Positions 28,059 through 38,244 of a stretch of DNA of 64,000 nt are shown here, in pieces. The stretch comes from Lachnospiraceae bacterium (GTDB lineage: Bacteria; Bacillota; Clostridia; Lachnospirales; Lachnospiraceae). Under the pieces are notes generated by a model that ran no database searches, was not told where the DNA came from, and saw only the letters and a program-made list of their open reading frames with translations. Both the position numbers and the translations under genes were made by a program. Location of the stretch: the NCBI GenBank assembly GCA_022800815.1, contig JAAWRC010000011.1:13587-77586 (forward strand), in the 5' to 3' direction. Position 1 is the first letter of the stretch, and every line of letters starts with the position of its first letter.

Positions 28059-28973
28059 ATGGAGAGTAAAATGAGAGAGTTCAAGAAGGCTTATGGTATC
28101 TGCCCCGCAGCCAGAACGATTTGGAATGCGGACGAGAGCTACAACAAGAAAGGGATGGAAGCGTATCTGACATGGCTGCTTGATAACGGTGCACAGTCCC
28201 TGTCCATCGTCGGATCCACCGGTGAGAACATGGCCATGAGCGAGGTGGAGCAGAAAGAGGTGCTCGGCCACGTGGCGAGCTTCATTGACGGACAGGTTCC
28301 GCTGGTCGGCGGCACGGGCAAGTATGACACCCATACCACGCTGGACCTGAGCAAGTATGCGGAGAGCGTTGGATACGATGCGCTGCTGGTTCTGCTTCCT
28401 TTTTATTATACCCCTCATAAGAAATCCGTGCTTCAGCACTATCGCAATCTGAGAAAAGAACTGGAAATCCCCATGTTCATCTACAACAATCCTTGGTTTG
28501 CGGGCTACGAGCTCAACACGCAGGAAGTGAAATCCCTGATCGACGACGGGACCATTTCCGGCATCAAGGCGGCCCATGGCGATCCCAACAGAGTCCATGA
28601 CCTGAAATATTACATGGGCGACAAGATCACCGTGTTCTACGGACATGACTACTGTGGTCTGGAAGCTTACTGTGCGGGAGCGGACGGCTGGCTGTCCGGG
28701 ATTCCGGCGATCCTTCCGAAGCAGTGCCGGGCGATCCAGGATGCGGTGCAGGCGAAGGATCTGGATGCGGCGAGGAAGGCGCAGAACAACATCATTCCTT
28801 TCCTGAATTACTTCCTGTATGACAAGGAGAACGGCGTGCCCCATTGGCTCGAGATCTGCAACTACACGCTGGAGGCCCAGGGCCTGAACGTGGGACTTCC
28901 CAGAAGACCTGCGGGAGAGCTGGATGCCGCCAATAAGAAGAAGGTCGAGAAGCTGCTTGCCGACATGGACTGA
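28059..28973 (+). CDS. DapA/NanA-family class I aldolase or dehydratase
   Basis: GSTGE, IYNNP and Schiff-base Lys in GIKAA. Confidence 0.88.
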   Translation: MESKMREFKKAYGICPAARTIWNADESYNKKGMEAYLTWLLDNGAQSLSIVGSTGENMAMSEVEQKEVLGHVASFIDGQVPLVGGTGKYDTHTTLDLSKYAESVGYDALLVLLPFYYTPHKKSVLQHYRNLRKELEIPMFIYNNPWFAGYELNTQEVKSLIDDGTISGIKAAHGDPNRVHDLKYYMGDKITVFYGHDYCGLEAYCAGADGWLSGIPAILPKQCRAIQDAVQAKDLDAARKAQNNIIPFLNYFLYDKENGVPHWLEICNYTLEAQGLNVGLPRRPAGELDAANKKKVEKLLADMD

Positions 28974-29027
28974 CTTGAAGGTACGAGCGGTGGCACAAAA
29001 CAAGAAAAATAAATTGGGAGGCGTTTT

Positions 29028-30287
29028 ATGAAGATTAAAAAAGCGTTGGCAATGTTATGTACGGCGGCGTTGATCGGATCCCTGGCCGGATGCGGAGGCT
29101 CTGCGGAGGAGACGAAGGCACCGGAGAAGGAGACGGAGAAGGCAACCGAGGCTGCGAAGGAAGAAACCACGGGCGGCTCCGGGGAGCAGGAGACGGGCGG
29201 CGGTTCCGAGGCGGCTTCCGGCGACACGATTTATTTGGGACTGAGTGCAAAGATTACCGGGGCGGACGCCGCCAACGGCGACCGCATGGTGAAGGCGGCG
29301 ACCATGGCCGTGGACGAGATCAACGCCAACGGCGGCCTTCTGGGCGGACGGAAGGTGGAGCTGGTGATCGAGGATGACCAGACGGACAATGCGGCCGCCC
29401 TGAACGTGGCGAACCTGTTCATCGCCAATGACGACATCTGTGCGGTTGTCGGCCCTTGGAACAGCGGACAGATCCTTGCGGTGGAGGAAGCTTACGAGAC
29501 GGCGGGGATTCCCTTCATGGGACTGGGAACCAATCCTTCCCTTCTGGAACTGGACAACGAGTACTGCTTCCTGGTCCGCGCCAACGACACTATCATGGCG
29601 AGCGCCGCGGCAAACCTGATCATCAATGAGATCGGTGCCAAGAAGGTCGGCATCATGTACACCACCAACGAGTTCGGTACCGGCGCCATGGAGATCGTGA
29701 AGGCGGCCTGCGAGGCGGAGAATATCGAAGTGCTTCCGGAGGCGATCAATCTCGGAGATACGGACGTGACCGGACAGATCCTGGAGCTTTCCACGGCGGG
29801 CGTCGACTGCATGGTCGTGTGGGCCAGCGATGCGGAGTACGTGATCACGGCGCGCCAGGCATATGAGCTTGGGCTGGATGTGGAGGTGGTGGCTTCCCCC
29901 GCAGTCACCATGGACCAGGTGAGGGAACTGTGCGAGCCGGAGTGGGTGGAAGGCTGGTATTCCGTGACGGACTTCGTGTCCCAGCAGGACGATGCCACTG
30001 TTAAGGAATTCTGTGAGAGATACGCTTCTGATTACGGCGAGGGCCAGAATGCGGAGCTCTACGTGGCTGACGTCTACAGCTCCGTGATGCTCATGGCCGA
30101 CGCCATCGAGCGGGCGGGCAGCACGGACCGGGCCGCCATCAAGGATGCGCTGGCTGAAACAAAGGGCTTTGCCATGCTCCAGGGCGTTGCCAACTGCGAC
30201 GACAGCAATGCGTTTATCCACTCTGCGGCCGTTGCCCAGATCAAGGATTACACCCCTACCATGTACAAGACGGTGGAGGCGGAATAA
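29028..30287 (+). CDS. livK: LIV-type ABC transporter substrate-binding lipoprotein
   Basis: Lipobox LAGC; EINANGG..G and EDDQ motifs. Confidence 0.88.
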   Translation: MKIKKALAMLCTAALIGSLAGCGGSAEETKAPEKETEKATEAAKEETTGGSGEQETGGGSEAASGDTIYLGLSAKITGADAANGDRMVKAATMAVDEINANGGLLGGRKVELVIEDDQTDNAAALNVANLFIANDDICAVVGPWNSGQILAVEEAYETAGIPFMGLGTNPSLLELDNEYCFLVRANDTIMASAAANLIINEIGAKKVGIMYTTNEFGTGAMEIVKAACEAENIEVLPEAINLGDTDVTGQILELSTAGVDCMVVWASDAEYVITARQAYELGLDVEVVASPAVTMDQVRELCEPEWVEGWYSVTDFVSQQDDATVKEFCERYASDYGEGQNAELYVADVYSSVMLMADAIERAGSTDRAAIKDALAETKGFAMLQGVANCDDSNAFIHSAAVAQIKDYTPTMYKTVEAE

Positions 30288-30414
30288 TTCCGGCGCAGTA
30301 TCATGCAGATTTTCTGAATTAAAAGACGCCGCAGGACCGGAACTACCTGGTTGGTTGATGGTTCTGCGGTGTTTTTATCAGAAATTCGTCCATAAAGAAA
30401 GAAGGGAGAAGATC

Positions 30415-31284
30415 ATGCTTCAATCGATCATTCAGCTTTTGGTGACCGGAGTGGCGCTTGGCTTCGTATACGCTCTGGTCGGAGTGGAGTACACGTTGAT
30501 TTGGCAGTCTTCCGGCCTCCTGAACGTTGCCCATAACATGCTTATCACCACGGCGGCGTACGTGTTTGCCGGGACGTTCATCCTGGGTCTCGGCTGGCCG
30601 GTCTGGCTCGGCGTCCTTGCGACGTTGGTCGTCATGTTTATTCTTGGCTATCTGATTTCGGCAATTATTTTCAATCCGCTGCGCAGCATGCCCCTGACCA
30701 TGTATTCCATCGTCGGCACGATGATTTTCGCCAAGGTCATCAACGAGGCCCTGCGTCTGATTTACGGACCTTATACATTTACCATCAACGGATTCATGAC
30801 GGGGGTGATCCGCCTGGGCAACGTGGTTTTTGCCAAGGCATACGGCGTGATCATCGTGGTGGCGGTCGTCATCATCGTCCTGCTGCAGTCTTTTTTGAAG
30901 CTGACGAAACCGGGCAAGGCGATCCGCTGCGTCTCGCAGAATAAGAATGCCGCCTCCATCATGGGGATCAACGTGGACGTGAGCATCAACGTCTCCACGG
31001 GCTTAAGCTGCGTCATCTGCGGGATCATCGGCATCCTGGTGATTCCCCTCTACACGGTCAGCCTGACCATGTCCAACATGATCGGCCTGAAGGGATGGGC
31101 GGCCGGCATCGTGGGCGGCTTTGGCTATATCCCTGGAACGATCGTGGGCGGTCTGTTGATCGGCATCGTGGAATCCATGTCGGTGCTTGCGATTCCCAGT
31201 ACTTACAAGGATATCGTGGCATTCGTGCTGCTGATCGTTGTCCTGTTGATTCGTCCCGGCGGCATCATGCGGCACCGCATTTGA
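30415..31284 (+). CDS. livH: LIV-type ABC permease
   Basis: YALVGV...LN.AH, TKPGKAIR, A..MGIN. Confidence 0.88.
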   Translation: MLQSIIQLLVTGVALGFVYALVGVEYTLIWQSSGLLNVAHNMLITTAAYVFAGTFILGLGWPVWLGVLATLVVMFILGYLISAIIFNPLRSMPLTMYSIVGTMIFAKVINEALRLIYGPYTFTINGFMTGVIRLGNVVFAKAYGVIIVVAVVIIVLLQSFLKLTKPGKAIRCVSQNKNAASIMGINVDVSINVSTGLSCVICGIIGILVIPLYTVSLTMSNMIGLKGWAAGIVGGFGYIPGTIVGGLLIGIVESMSVLAIPSTYKDIVAFVLLIVVLLIRPGGIMRHRI

Positions 31285-31298
31285 TAAGGAGGGAGTGT

Positions 31299-32291
31299 AT
31301 GAATACGAAAAAAAGAAACAGTACTTCCCTTATTCTGGCGGCAATCTGCCTGGCTGCGGCGATCGTCCTGCCGCTTGTCTACAGTGCGACCTATTTCGTT
31401 CAGCTTTTCAGCCAGACGCTGATCAACCTGATCGCAGTCCTCGGCCTGAACGTGGTCATGGGCATGGCCGGGCAGTCGAACCTGGGAACCATCGCACTGG
31501 TGGCCCTCGGCTCCTACACGACGGCGATCATTGCGGACAGGACCGGTTCCACGACGATCGTCGGGCTTCTGGCGGCGCTCGTGGTGGCACTGATCGTCGG
31601 GCTGATGCTGGGCTATCCCAGTCTGCGGGTAAACGGCATCTTCCTGTCGCTTACGACCATGGCCTTTGCGCAGATCGTCTATTCGCTGGCCAATAACATG
31701 GGATGGCTGACGGGCGGCTCCATGGGAATCAAGGGATATCCGAAACCGAACCTCTTTGGATGGGAGATCGGCTCCCAGCGGCAGCTATACTATCTGATTC
31801 TGGTAATCGCAGTCTTGCTCGTCGTCTTGTCGGCCCGTCTCGCAAAATCAAAATACGGGCGCGCGATGAAGGCGGTCCGGGACAACCCGGAAGCGGTGGA
31901 GTCCATCGGGCTCAGCGTGACGAAGCTCAAGATGATGGCGTTTTTGATCGCCACGGTCTTAGGCTGCCTGGCGGGCGTGTTTTACGCTTGGGTCATGCAG
32001 TACGTGGGCCCAACGACCTTCACGACGGATCAGGGAACCAAGTACGTGGTCATGCTGATGCTCGGAGGGATCGGCTCCACGGCCGGCATGGTGATCGGGG
32101 CGATCCTCGTGACCTGCCTGCCCGAGATCCTTCGTTTCATGGGTGATTACTATCAGCTGGTATTTTACAGCATTACCCTGATCATCCTTCTGGTGTATCC
32201 GAAGGGACTCGCAAACCTGTTCATGGAAATCAAGGAAAAATTCAGGCTGCGGGGAACGGCGGGCGCGGCCGGGAAAGGAAAGGAGGACTGA
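31299..32291 (+). CDS. livM: LIV-type ABC permease
   Basis: GLNVVMG.AGQ, SKYGRAM.AVRDN, LGGIG...G..IGA. Confidence 0.88.
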   Translation: MNTKKRNSTSLILAAICLAAAIVLPLVYSATYFVQLFSQTLINLIAVLGLNVVMGMAGQSNLGTIALVALGSYTTAIIADRTGSTTIVGLLAALVVALIVGLMLGYPSLRVNGIFLSLTTMAFAQIVYSLANNMGWLTGGSMGIKGYPKPNLFGWEIGSQRQLYYLILVIAVLLVVLSARLAKSKYGRAMKAVRDNPEAVESIGLSVTKLKMMAFLIATVLGCLAGVFYAWVMQYVGPTTFTTDQGTKYVVMLMLGGIGSTAGMVIGAILVTCLPEILRFMGDYYQLVFYSITLIILLVYPKGLANLFMEIKEKFRLRGTAGAAGKGKED

Positions 32292-32293
32292 GC

Positions 32294-33067
32294 ATGTCTG
32301 TATTACGGTTAGAGCACGTGACAAAGCGCTTCGGCGGCCTTGTCGCGGTAAACGATCTTTCCTTTACCGTTGAAGAGCGTTCGATTCATGCCCTGATCGG
32401 GCCCAACGGGTCGGGGAAATCCACTTCGATCAACATGATCAACGGTTCGTTCCAGGCCACCTCCGGCAAGATTTATTTCAACGACCAGGACATTACCACC
32501 ATGTCCATGCATAAGATCGCACGGGCCGGCATGGGGCGCACGTTTCAGAACCTGAAGCTGTTCCACTCCATGACGGCGCTTGAGAACGTCATGCTGGGCG
32601 GGCAGCTTCACACGAAGGTCGGCTTTGGCAGGTTCGTGGTGGATCCTTTTAAAACCCGGAGGGAGGAGGAGGAGCTTAGAGAAAAGGCCCTCGGCATCAT
32701 GAAGTCCATCGGCATTGAAAAATATGCGGACCGAAACGTGGCCAACCTTCCTTACGGCCGTCAGAAGATGACGGAGCTTGCGAGGACGCTGATGATCGAT
32801 CCCTCCCTGATTCTTCTGGACGAACCGGCGGCGGGCCTCAATCCCAGCGAGCGCGCAGAGTTCGTGGAGATCATCAAGCAGGTGTACGAGTCCGGAAAGG
32901 ACATCCTGCTCATCGAGCACAACATGGACATCATCATGAACATCAGTCACAGGATTACCGTGATCAACCATGGCGCCAAGATTGCGGAGGGGGAACCTGC
33001 GGAGATACAGAACAACCCGGACGTCATTCGGGCATATCTTGGCGACCGGTATAAAATCGGCATGTAG
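32294..33067 (+). CDS. livG: LIV-type ABC ATP-binding protein
   Basis: GPNGSGKS, RTFQN, LPYG, LLDEP. Confidence 0.92.
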   Translation: MSVLRLEHVTKRFGGLVAVNDLSFTVEERSIHALIGPNGSGKSTSINMINGSFQATSGKIYFNDQDITTMSMHKIARAGMGRTFQNLKLFHSMTALENVMLGGQLHTKVGFGRFVVDPFKTRREEEELREKALGIMKSIGIEKYADRNVANLPYGRQKMTELARTLMIDPSLILLDEPAAGLNPSERAEFVEIIKQVYESGKDILLIEHNMDIIMNISHRITVINHGAKIAEGEPAEIQNNPDVIRAYLGDRYKIGM

Positions 33068-33081
33068 GGAGGGAGATAATC

Positions 33082-33795
33082 ATGTTTTTTGAAATGGAAC
33101 ATTGTGATACCTACTACGGACAGATCCAGGCGTTGTATGATATCTCCATCAGAATCGAGGCGGATGAGATCATTTCCATCATCGGCGCCAACGGCGCCGG
33201 GAAAACCACCCTGATGAAGTGCATCATGGGGCTGGTCCCTGCCAAAAAGGGAAAGGTCCTGTATCTGGACCAGGAGATCCAGGCCCTGAAAACGCATCAG
33301 ATCGTCCAGAGAGGAATCAGTTACGTGCCGGAGGGCAGAGAAATTTTTCCCAATATGACGGTCCTTGAAAACCTGGAGATGGGGGCTTACACGTTAAAGC
33401 TTTCCGCAAAAGAGAAGGGGAAGAAGCTGGAGGAGATGTACGAGCTTTTTCCCAAATTGAAGGAGAGGAAGGGACAGAAGGCGGGGACCCTTTCCGGCGG
33501 GGAACAGCAGATGGTGGCCATCGCCCGGGGACTGATGCTGAGTCCCAAGCTGCTCATGCTGGACGAACCGTCCCTCGGCCTTGCGCCGGTGATCGTGGAC
33601 GAGGTTTTCGACACGATCGTACATGTAAATAAGGAAGCGAACATTCCGGTTCTCCTGGTGGAGCAGAACGCTTACATGGCGTTGACGGTATCGAACAGAA
33701 GTTACGTCCTGGAAAACGGCGTGATCGTGGACCAGGGGGACAGCAAGGTGCTGCTGGAGAGTGATTCCATCCGCACGGCGTATCTGGGTAAATAA
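33082..33795 (+). CDS. livF: LIV-type ABC ATP-binding protein
   Basis: GANGAGKT, VPEGR, LSGGEQQ, LDEPS. Confidence 0.92.
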   Translation: MFFEMEHCDTYYGQIQALYDISIRIEADEIISIIGANGAGKTTLMKCIMGLVPAKKGKVLYLDQEIQALKTHQIVQRGISYVPEGREIFPNMTVLENLEMGAYTLKLSAKEKGKKLEEMYELFPKLKERKGQKAGTLSGGEQQMVAIARGLMLSPKLLMLDEPSLGLAPVIVDEVFDTIVHVNKEANIPVLLVEQNAYMALTVSNRSYVLENGVIVDQGDSKVLLESDSIRTAYLGK

Positions 33796-33818
33796 ATGGA
33801 AATGGAGGCTTGGACCCT

Positions 33819-34949
33819 ATGGGAGCAAAAGACAGTTACACGAGATATCAGTACAAAAGGCTGAACGAGCTGGCGGTGGAGGTGTTTCGCCGTTACGGTT
33901 TTTCCGACGGGGACAGTGAAAAGATTGCGGACGTGATCCTGACGTCGGACAGACTGGGGATTGAATCCCACGGCGTGAACCGGCTGACCCTGTATCCCTT
34001 TGGCCTTGACATCGGCAGGATCAAGAAGGACGTGAAGATGGAAGTGGTCGAGGACCGCTTAAGCTGTGCGGTGATCGACGCAAAGGACGGCATGGGACAA
34101 CTGGCCGGCATCATGGGAATGGAGCTGGCGATCAAAAAGGCGAGGCAGTACGGAGTCGGAATGGTCAGCGTCCGCAATTCCAACCATTTCGGCATTGCGG
34201 GGTATTATTCCAGGATGGCGGCGAAGGAAGGCCTGATGGGCGTCTCCATGACCAACGCAGAGGCCCTCGTGGTTCCGACCTTCGCCAAGGAGCCCATGTT
34301 CGGCACGAACCCGATTGCGATCACGATCCCCGCAGACCCGCACCCCTTCCACATGGACTTTTCCACCTCGGTCATGACCTGCGGGAAGATGGAGGTGTAT
34401 GCCAAGATCGACCACGAGCTGCTTCCGGGCATGCTGGTGGACGAGAGGGGCGTGTGTTCCACGGACCCCAACAAGTTCCTGACGATCCGGGACAATAAGT
34501 CCAATCCCGCCTACACGGAAAAAACCCTGGGCGGCATCATGCCCATGGGCGGGGAGGGGATGAATTTTGGCGGACACAAGGGCTACGGCATGGCCCTCCT
34601 GGTAGACATTATGTGCGGGATCATGTCCCACGGAGCCGTCTCCAAGGGCGTCCGGGTGACGAAGGACAAGGAAAAATGCTGTCATTTCTTTGCCGCCATC
34701 GATTACAGCCTGTTCGGGGACAAGGCCGAGACGACCCGTCTTCTGTCGGAATACCTGCAGAGCATGCGCGACGCGGAGTCGGCGGAGGGCCAGCCCAGGG
34801 TGTACGTGCACGGGGACAAGGAGGCGGAAGCCGAGAAGGATGTGCTGGCCCACGGCGTCGGCATCAATCCGGCAACCTTTGCGGAGATCGAAAAATACTG
34901 CACGAAGCTTGGAATCAACGCCCACGAATATCTGATTCCGGCGGAGTGA
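33819..34949 (+). CDS. Ldh_2-family (malate/L-lactate/2-hydroxyacid) dehydrogenase
   Basis: GIESHG, RNSNHFG, GTNPIA, GGHKGYG motifs. Confidence 0.9.
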   Translation: MGAKDSYTRYQYKRLNELAVEVFRRYGFSDGDSEKIADVILTSDRLGIESHGVNRLTLYPFGLDIGRIKKDVKMEVVEDRLSCAVIDAKDGMGQLAGIMGMELAIKKARQYGVGMVSVRNSNHFGIAGYYSRMAAKEGLMGVSMTNAEALVVPTFAKEPMFGTNPIAITIPADPHPFHMDFSTSVMTCGKMEVYAKIDHELLPGMLVDERGVCSTDPNKFLTIRDNKSNPAYTEKTLGGIMPMGGEGMNFGGHKGYGMALLVDIMCGIMSHGAVSKGVRVTKDKEKCCHFFAAIDYSLFGDKAETTRLLSEYLQSMRDAESAEGQPRVYVHGDKEAEAEKDVLAHGVGINPATFAEIEKYCTKLGINAHEYLIPAE

Positions 34950-34970
34950 TTCCGGACAGGAGGGAAAAGG

Positions 34971-36248
34971 TTGAATATTTTTGACGAGCTTTTGGAGGAC
35001 AATAAAATTCCGAGATTTTTCCGGGTCCGCCATGAGATGGACCATTCCCACGTCGAGGACATTCCCGCAGCCGTGGCGAAGGCCCTGGAACGGGAAAGCA
35101 CCCTGGACCAGATCCGCCCCGGCGACACGGTATGCGTGACGTCCGGAAGCCGGGACGTGGCCAACGTCGACGTGATCACCAGGGCCGTCTGCGACCAGGT
35201 GAAGGCCGTGGGCGGGAAACCGTTCATCATTCCCGCCATGGGAAGCCATGCGGGGGCCAACGCCGAGGGCCAGAAGGGGATCCTTGCAGGCTACGGCATA
35301 ACGGAGGAGACCATGGGAGTCCCCGTCAGGGCCAGCATGGAGACGGAGGTCCTGGCTTACTCGAAGGACGGTCTGGAGATTCGCATTGACAAATACGCCA
35401 ATGCGGCGGACTACATCATTGCCGTGGGGCGCATCAAGGCTCACACGGATTTTCGCGGCCCGGTGGAGAGCGGCATCTGCAAGATGCTCGTGATCGGGAT
35501 GGGGAAACAGCACGGGGCTTACCAGTGCCATAAGCTGGGATTCAAGAGCATGGCGGCAAACGTGATGGAGTTTGCCGGGGCTATCATTGAAAAGAAGCCG
35601 AACCTGTTTGCGCTGGGACTCATCGAGAACGCCTATCACGAGACCTGCAGGATCGAGGCCGTTCCCGCCGCAAGGATTCTGGAGGAGGAGCCTGGGCTTT
35701 TGGAATATGCGAAATCCCGCATGGCGAGGATCCCTTTTGAGCAGGCGGACATCCTGTTCGTGGATGAAACCGGGAAGGACATCAGCGGTGCGGGGATGGA
35801 CCCCAACATCACGGGGCGCTCCCCGGTTCTCGGCATAAGCGCTCCCTATTTCCAGCGGATCGCCGTGTTTGACCTGACGGATAAGTCCCACGGAAACTTC
35901 GGCGGTCTGGGCAGCGCCGACGTGACGACGAGACGGCTATATGAAAAGGTGGACTTTGAGCAGACCTACCCCAACGGGATCACCTCGGCGGAACCGATTT
36001 CCGTGAAGCTGCCGGTCATCATGCCGAACGACAGAAACGCCATGCAGTTTGCGCTGCGGACGGCCACGGACTGTGACTGGAATAGGGGGCCGAGGATCGT
36101 CTGGCTGAAAAACACCCTCTCCCTCTCGGAGTTTTACATCTCGGAAGCCCTGAGGGAGGATGCGGAAAAGCTGGAGAACGTGGAAATCGTGAGCGGCCCC
36201 CTGGAGGTGGTGTTTGACGAGGAGGGAGCGGTAAAGGGATTTATTTGA
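34971..36248 (+). CDS. LarA/DUF2088-like 2-hydroxyacid racemase/epimerase family protein
   Basis: GSR, PAMGSH, RIK.HT.F, GMD.NI.GR patterns. Confidence 0.75.
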   Translation: MNIFDELLEDNKIPRFFRVRHEMDHSHVEDIPAAVAKALERESTLDQIRPGDTVCVTSGSRDVANVDVITRAVCDQVKAVGGKPFIIPAMGSHAGANAEGQKGILAGYGITEETMGVPVRASMETEVLAYSKDGLEIRIDKYANAADYIIAVGRIKAHTDFRGPVESGICKMLVIGMGKQHGAYQCHKLGFKSMAANVMEFAGAIIEKKPNLFALGLIENAYHETCRIEAVPAARILEEEPGLLEYAKSRMARIPFEQADILFVDETGKDISGAGMDPNITGRSPVLGISAPYFQRIAVFDLTDKSHGNFGGLGSADVTTRRLYEKVDFEQTYPNGITSAEPISVKLPVIMPNDRNAMQFALRTATDCDWNRGPRIVWLKNTLSLSEFYISEALREDAEKLENVEIVSGPLEVVFDEEGAVKGFI

Positions 36249-36301
36249 CATGTCTTGCCGTCATTATAGGAAATTAATTTAAATAAAAAGGAGAAAACAT
36301 C

Positions 36302-37219
36302 ATGACATTTGTGGAAAAGTATGGAAAAATTTTACTTCCCCTGATCACGCCGTACAAGGAAAATGAGGACGTGGATTACGACAGATATGCGGAACTGATC
36401 GAGTACGTGGTGACGAAGGATCTGTGTGACTCCCTGATCGTGACGGGGACGACGGGGGAGGCTTCCCTTCTGACCTTTGACGAGAGGGTGAAGCTGATGG
36501 AGACCGCAGTAAAGGCGGCGGCGGGCCGCAAGCCGGTCATCGCGGGTACAGGCTGCGCTTCCACCAAGGAGACCGTCATGCTGACGAAGAAGGCGGAGGA
36601 GCTTGGCATCGAGCTCTGCCTGATCGTGTGCCCCTTCTACAACAAGCCGACGCAGGAGGGCCTGTATCTGCATTACAAGGCGATCGCAGAGAGCGTGAAG
36701 GTCGACATCATGCTGTACAACATCCCGATCTTCGTCGGTGTCAACCTGGAGGCAGAAACGGTCGGCAGACTGGCGGCCATTCCCAACATCGTCGCCGTCA
36801 AGGACGAGGCCGGCGTGAATCCGACGCAGGTGACGGACTTCATTCTGGCGGCCAGAGCCGTGGACCCCGACTTTGCGGTCTATAACGGCGACGACGTGAT
36901 GCTTCTTCCCACGATCGTTCAGGGGGCCCAGGGACTGGTTTCCGGAGGATCCCACATTTTCGGCCACGAGGTGCGGGCGATTTTTGAAGCTTTTGAAAAG
37001 GGAGACAACGAGAAGGCGAAGGAGCTGTTTGTCCCGATGTACCGTTTCTGCAAATCGACCGGGCAGAACGGCAGGATTCTGCCGAACTCCATTCTGAGGC
37101 CGGCCATCGAGGCGGTCACCGGCGTGAAACTCGGAAACGCCCGTCTGCCCCTGGCACCGCCGACGGAGGACGAGATGAAGGTCACGCTCGGGATCCTGAG
37201 AGAGATTGGCAAGCTGTAA
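36302..37219 (+). CDS. Second DapA-family class I aldolase
   Basis: GTTGE, LYNIP, AVKDE. Confidence 0.88.
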   Translation: MTFVEKYGKILLPLITPYKENEDVDYDRYAELIEYVVTKDLCDSLIVTGTTGEASLLTFDERVKLMETAVKAAAGRKPVIAGTGCASTKETVMLTKKAEELGIELCLIVCPFYNKPTQEGLYLHYKAIAESVKVDIMLYNIPIFVGVNLEAETVGRLAAIPNIVAVKDEAGVNPTQVTDFILAARAVDPDFAVYNGDDVMLLPTIVQGAQGLVSGGSHIFGHEVRAIFEAFEKGDNEKAKELFVPMYRFCKSTGQNGRILPNSILRPAIEAVTGVKLGNARLPLAPPTEDEMKVTLGILREIGKL

Positions 37220-37270
37220 ATACATAGGTTTGGTGGCGGGAGAGCGGCGGTTGCCGCATGCTCCGGAGGT

Positions 37271-37315
37271 TCTGCGGTCAATGTTCGGACAAGGAAAATT
37301 GACCGCAGATTTTTT
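37271..37315 (+). terminator. Intrinsic terminator
   Basis: tctgcggtcaat / attgaccgcaga stem followed by a T-tract. Confidence 0.7.
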
Positions 37316-37460
37316 AAACTTCGATTTTGTTGCGGTGGATGCGGCGGTACACGGCAAAACATTGACAATTTAACCGTGGTATGTGATAATCAACTTGTTG
37401 CCGTCAGAATGTATGATTGTCTGTGTACATGGCCGGGTAGATCATGGATGGAGAATTGGG

Positions 37461-38225
37461 ATGAACATGTTAAATAAAAGACTGGCTGACGGCCGTTTTC
37501 TTCTGGGTGCGCATGTCAACGGGTGCGACCCCTCCCTGACGGAGCTCATGGGCCAGTGCGGTTTTGACTATTTGTGGATCGACACGGAACACACGGCGAT
37601 CGATTATCATACGCTTCAGATGCACTTGATAGCGGCGAAGGCGGCGGGATGTCCGGCGATCGTTCGCGTGCCGTGGAACGAGACCTATCTGGCGAAGCGG
37701 GTGCTGGAGCAGGGGCCGGACGGGATTGTCTTTCCCAGCATCAATTCCGCCGAGGAGGCGAAACGGGCGATGGACGCCTGCTTCTATCCGCCGACGGGGA
37801 TGCGCGGCTATGGCCCGATCCGTGCGACAGGGTACGGGCTTACGCCCATGGCGGAGTATATCGCAAAAGCGGACGACTTCTGCAGGTTTATCCAGGTGGA
37901 GCACGTGTCTGCGGTCTCGCATCTGGAGGAAATTCTGGAGGTGCCGGGGATCGACGGGGTGATCCTGGGACCCTGCGACCTTTCCGGTTCGATCGGAAGG
38001 CTCGGCGAGACGGAATGCTTCGTGATGCGGGAGCTCATAGACCGGACGATCAAAATCTGCGGGGAGAGAAAGGTGCCGGTGGGGGTGTCCCTCGGCCTCT
38101 GCGGTGCGGAGGAGATTTTGGACTGGAGACGCCGGGGCATACAGTTTTTGTCCGCAGGTTCCGAGTACAGTTATATTTTGCAGGGGGCTTCCAGGCTGGC
38201 GGCCTGTGTGAAAAAAAATCTTTAA
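37461..38225 (+). CDS. HpcH/HpaI-family class II aldolase
   Basis: WIDTEH, VRVP, IQVE, GPCDL. Confidence 0.88.
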   Translation: MNMLNKRLADGRFLLGAHVNGCDPSLTELMGQCGFDYLWIDTEHTAIDYHTLQMHLIAAKAAGCPAIVRVPWNETYLAKRVLEQGPDGIVFPSINSAEEAKRAMDACFYPPTGMRGYGPIRATGYGLTPMAEYIAKADDFCRFIQVEHVSAVSHLEEILEVPGIDGVILGPCDLSGSIGRLGETECFVMRELIDRTIKICGERKVPVGVSLGLCGAEEILDWRRRGIQFLSAGSEYSYILQGASRLAACVKKNL

Positions 38226-38244
38226 ATGATTATGGAGAAGCGGA

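Noticed and set aside
34059-35891. 610-aa minus-strand ORF
   Set aside because: Antisense to the Ldh_2 and LarA-like genes; no domain signature or RBS.
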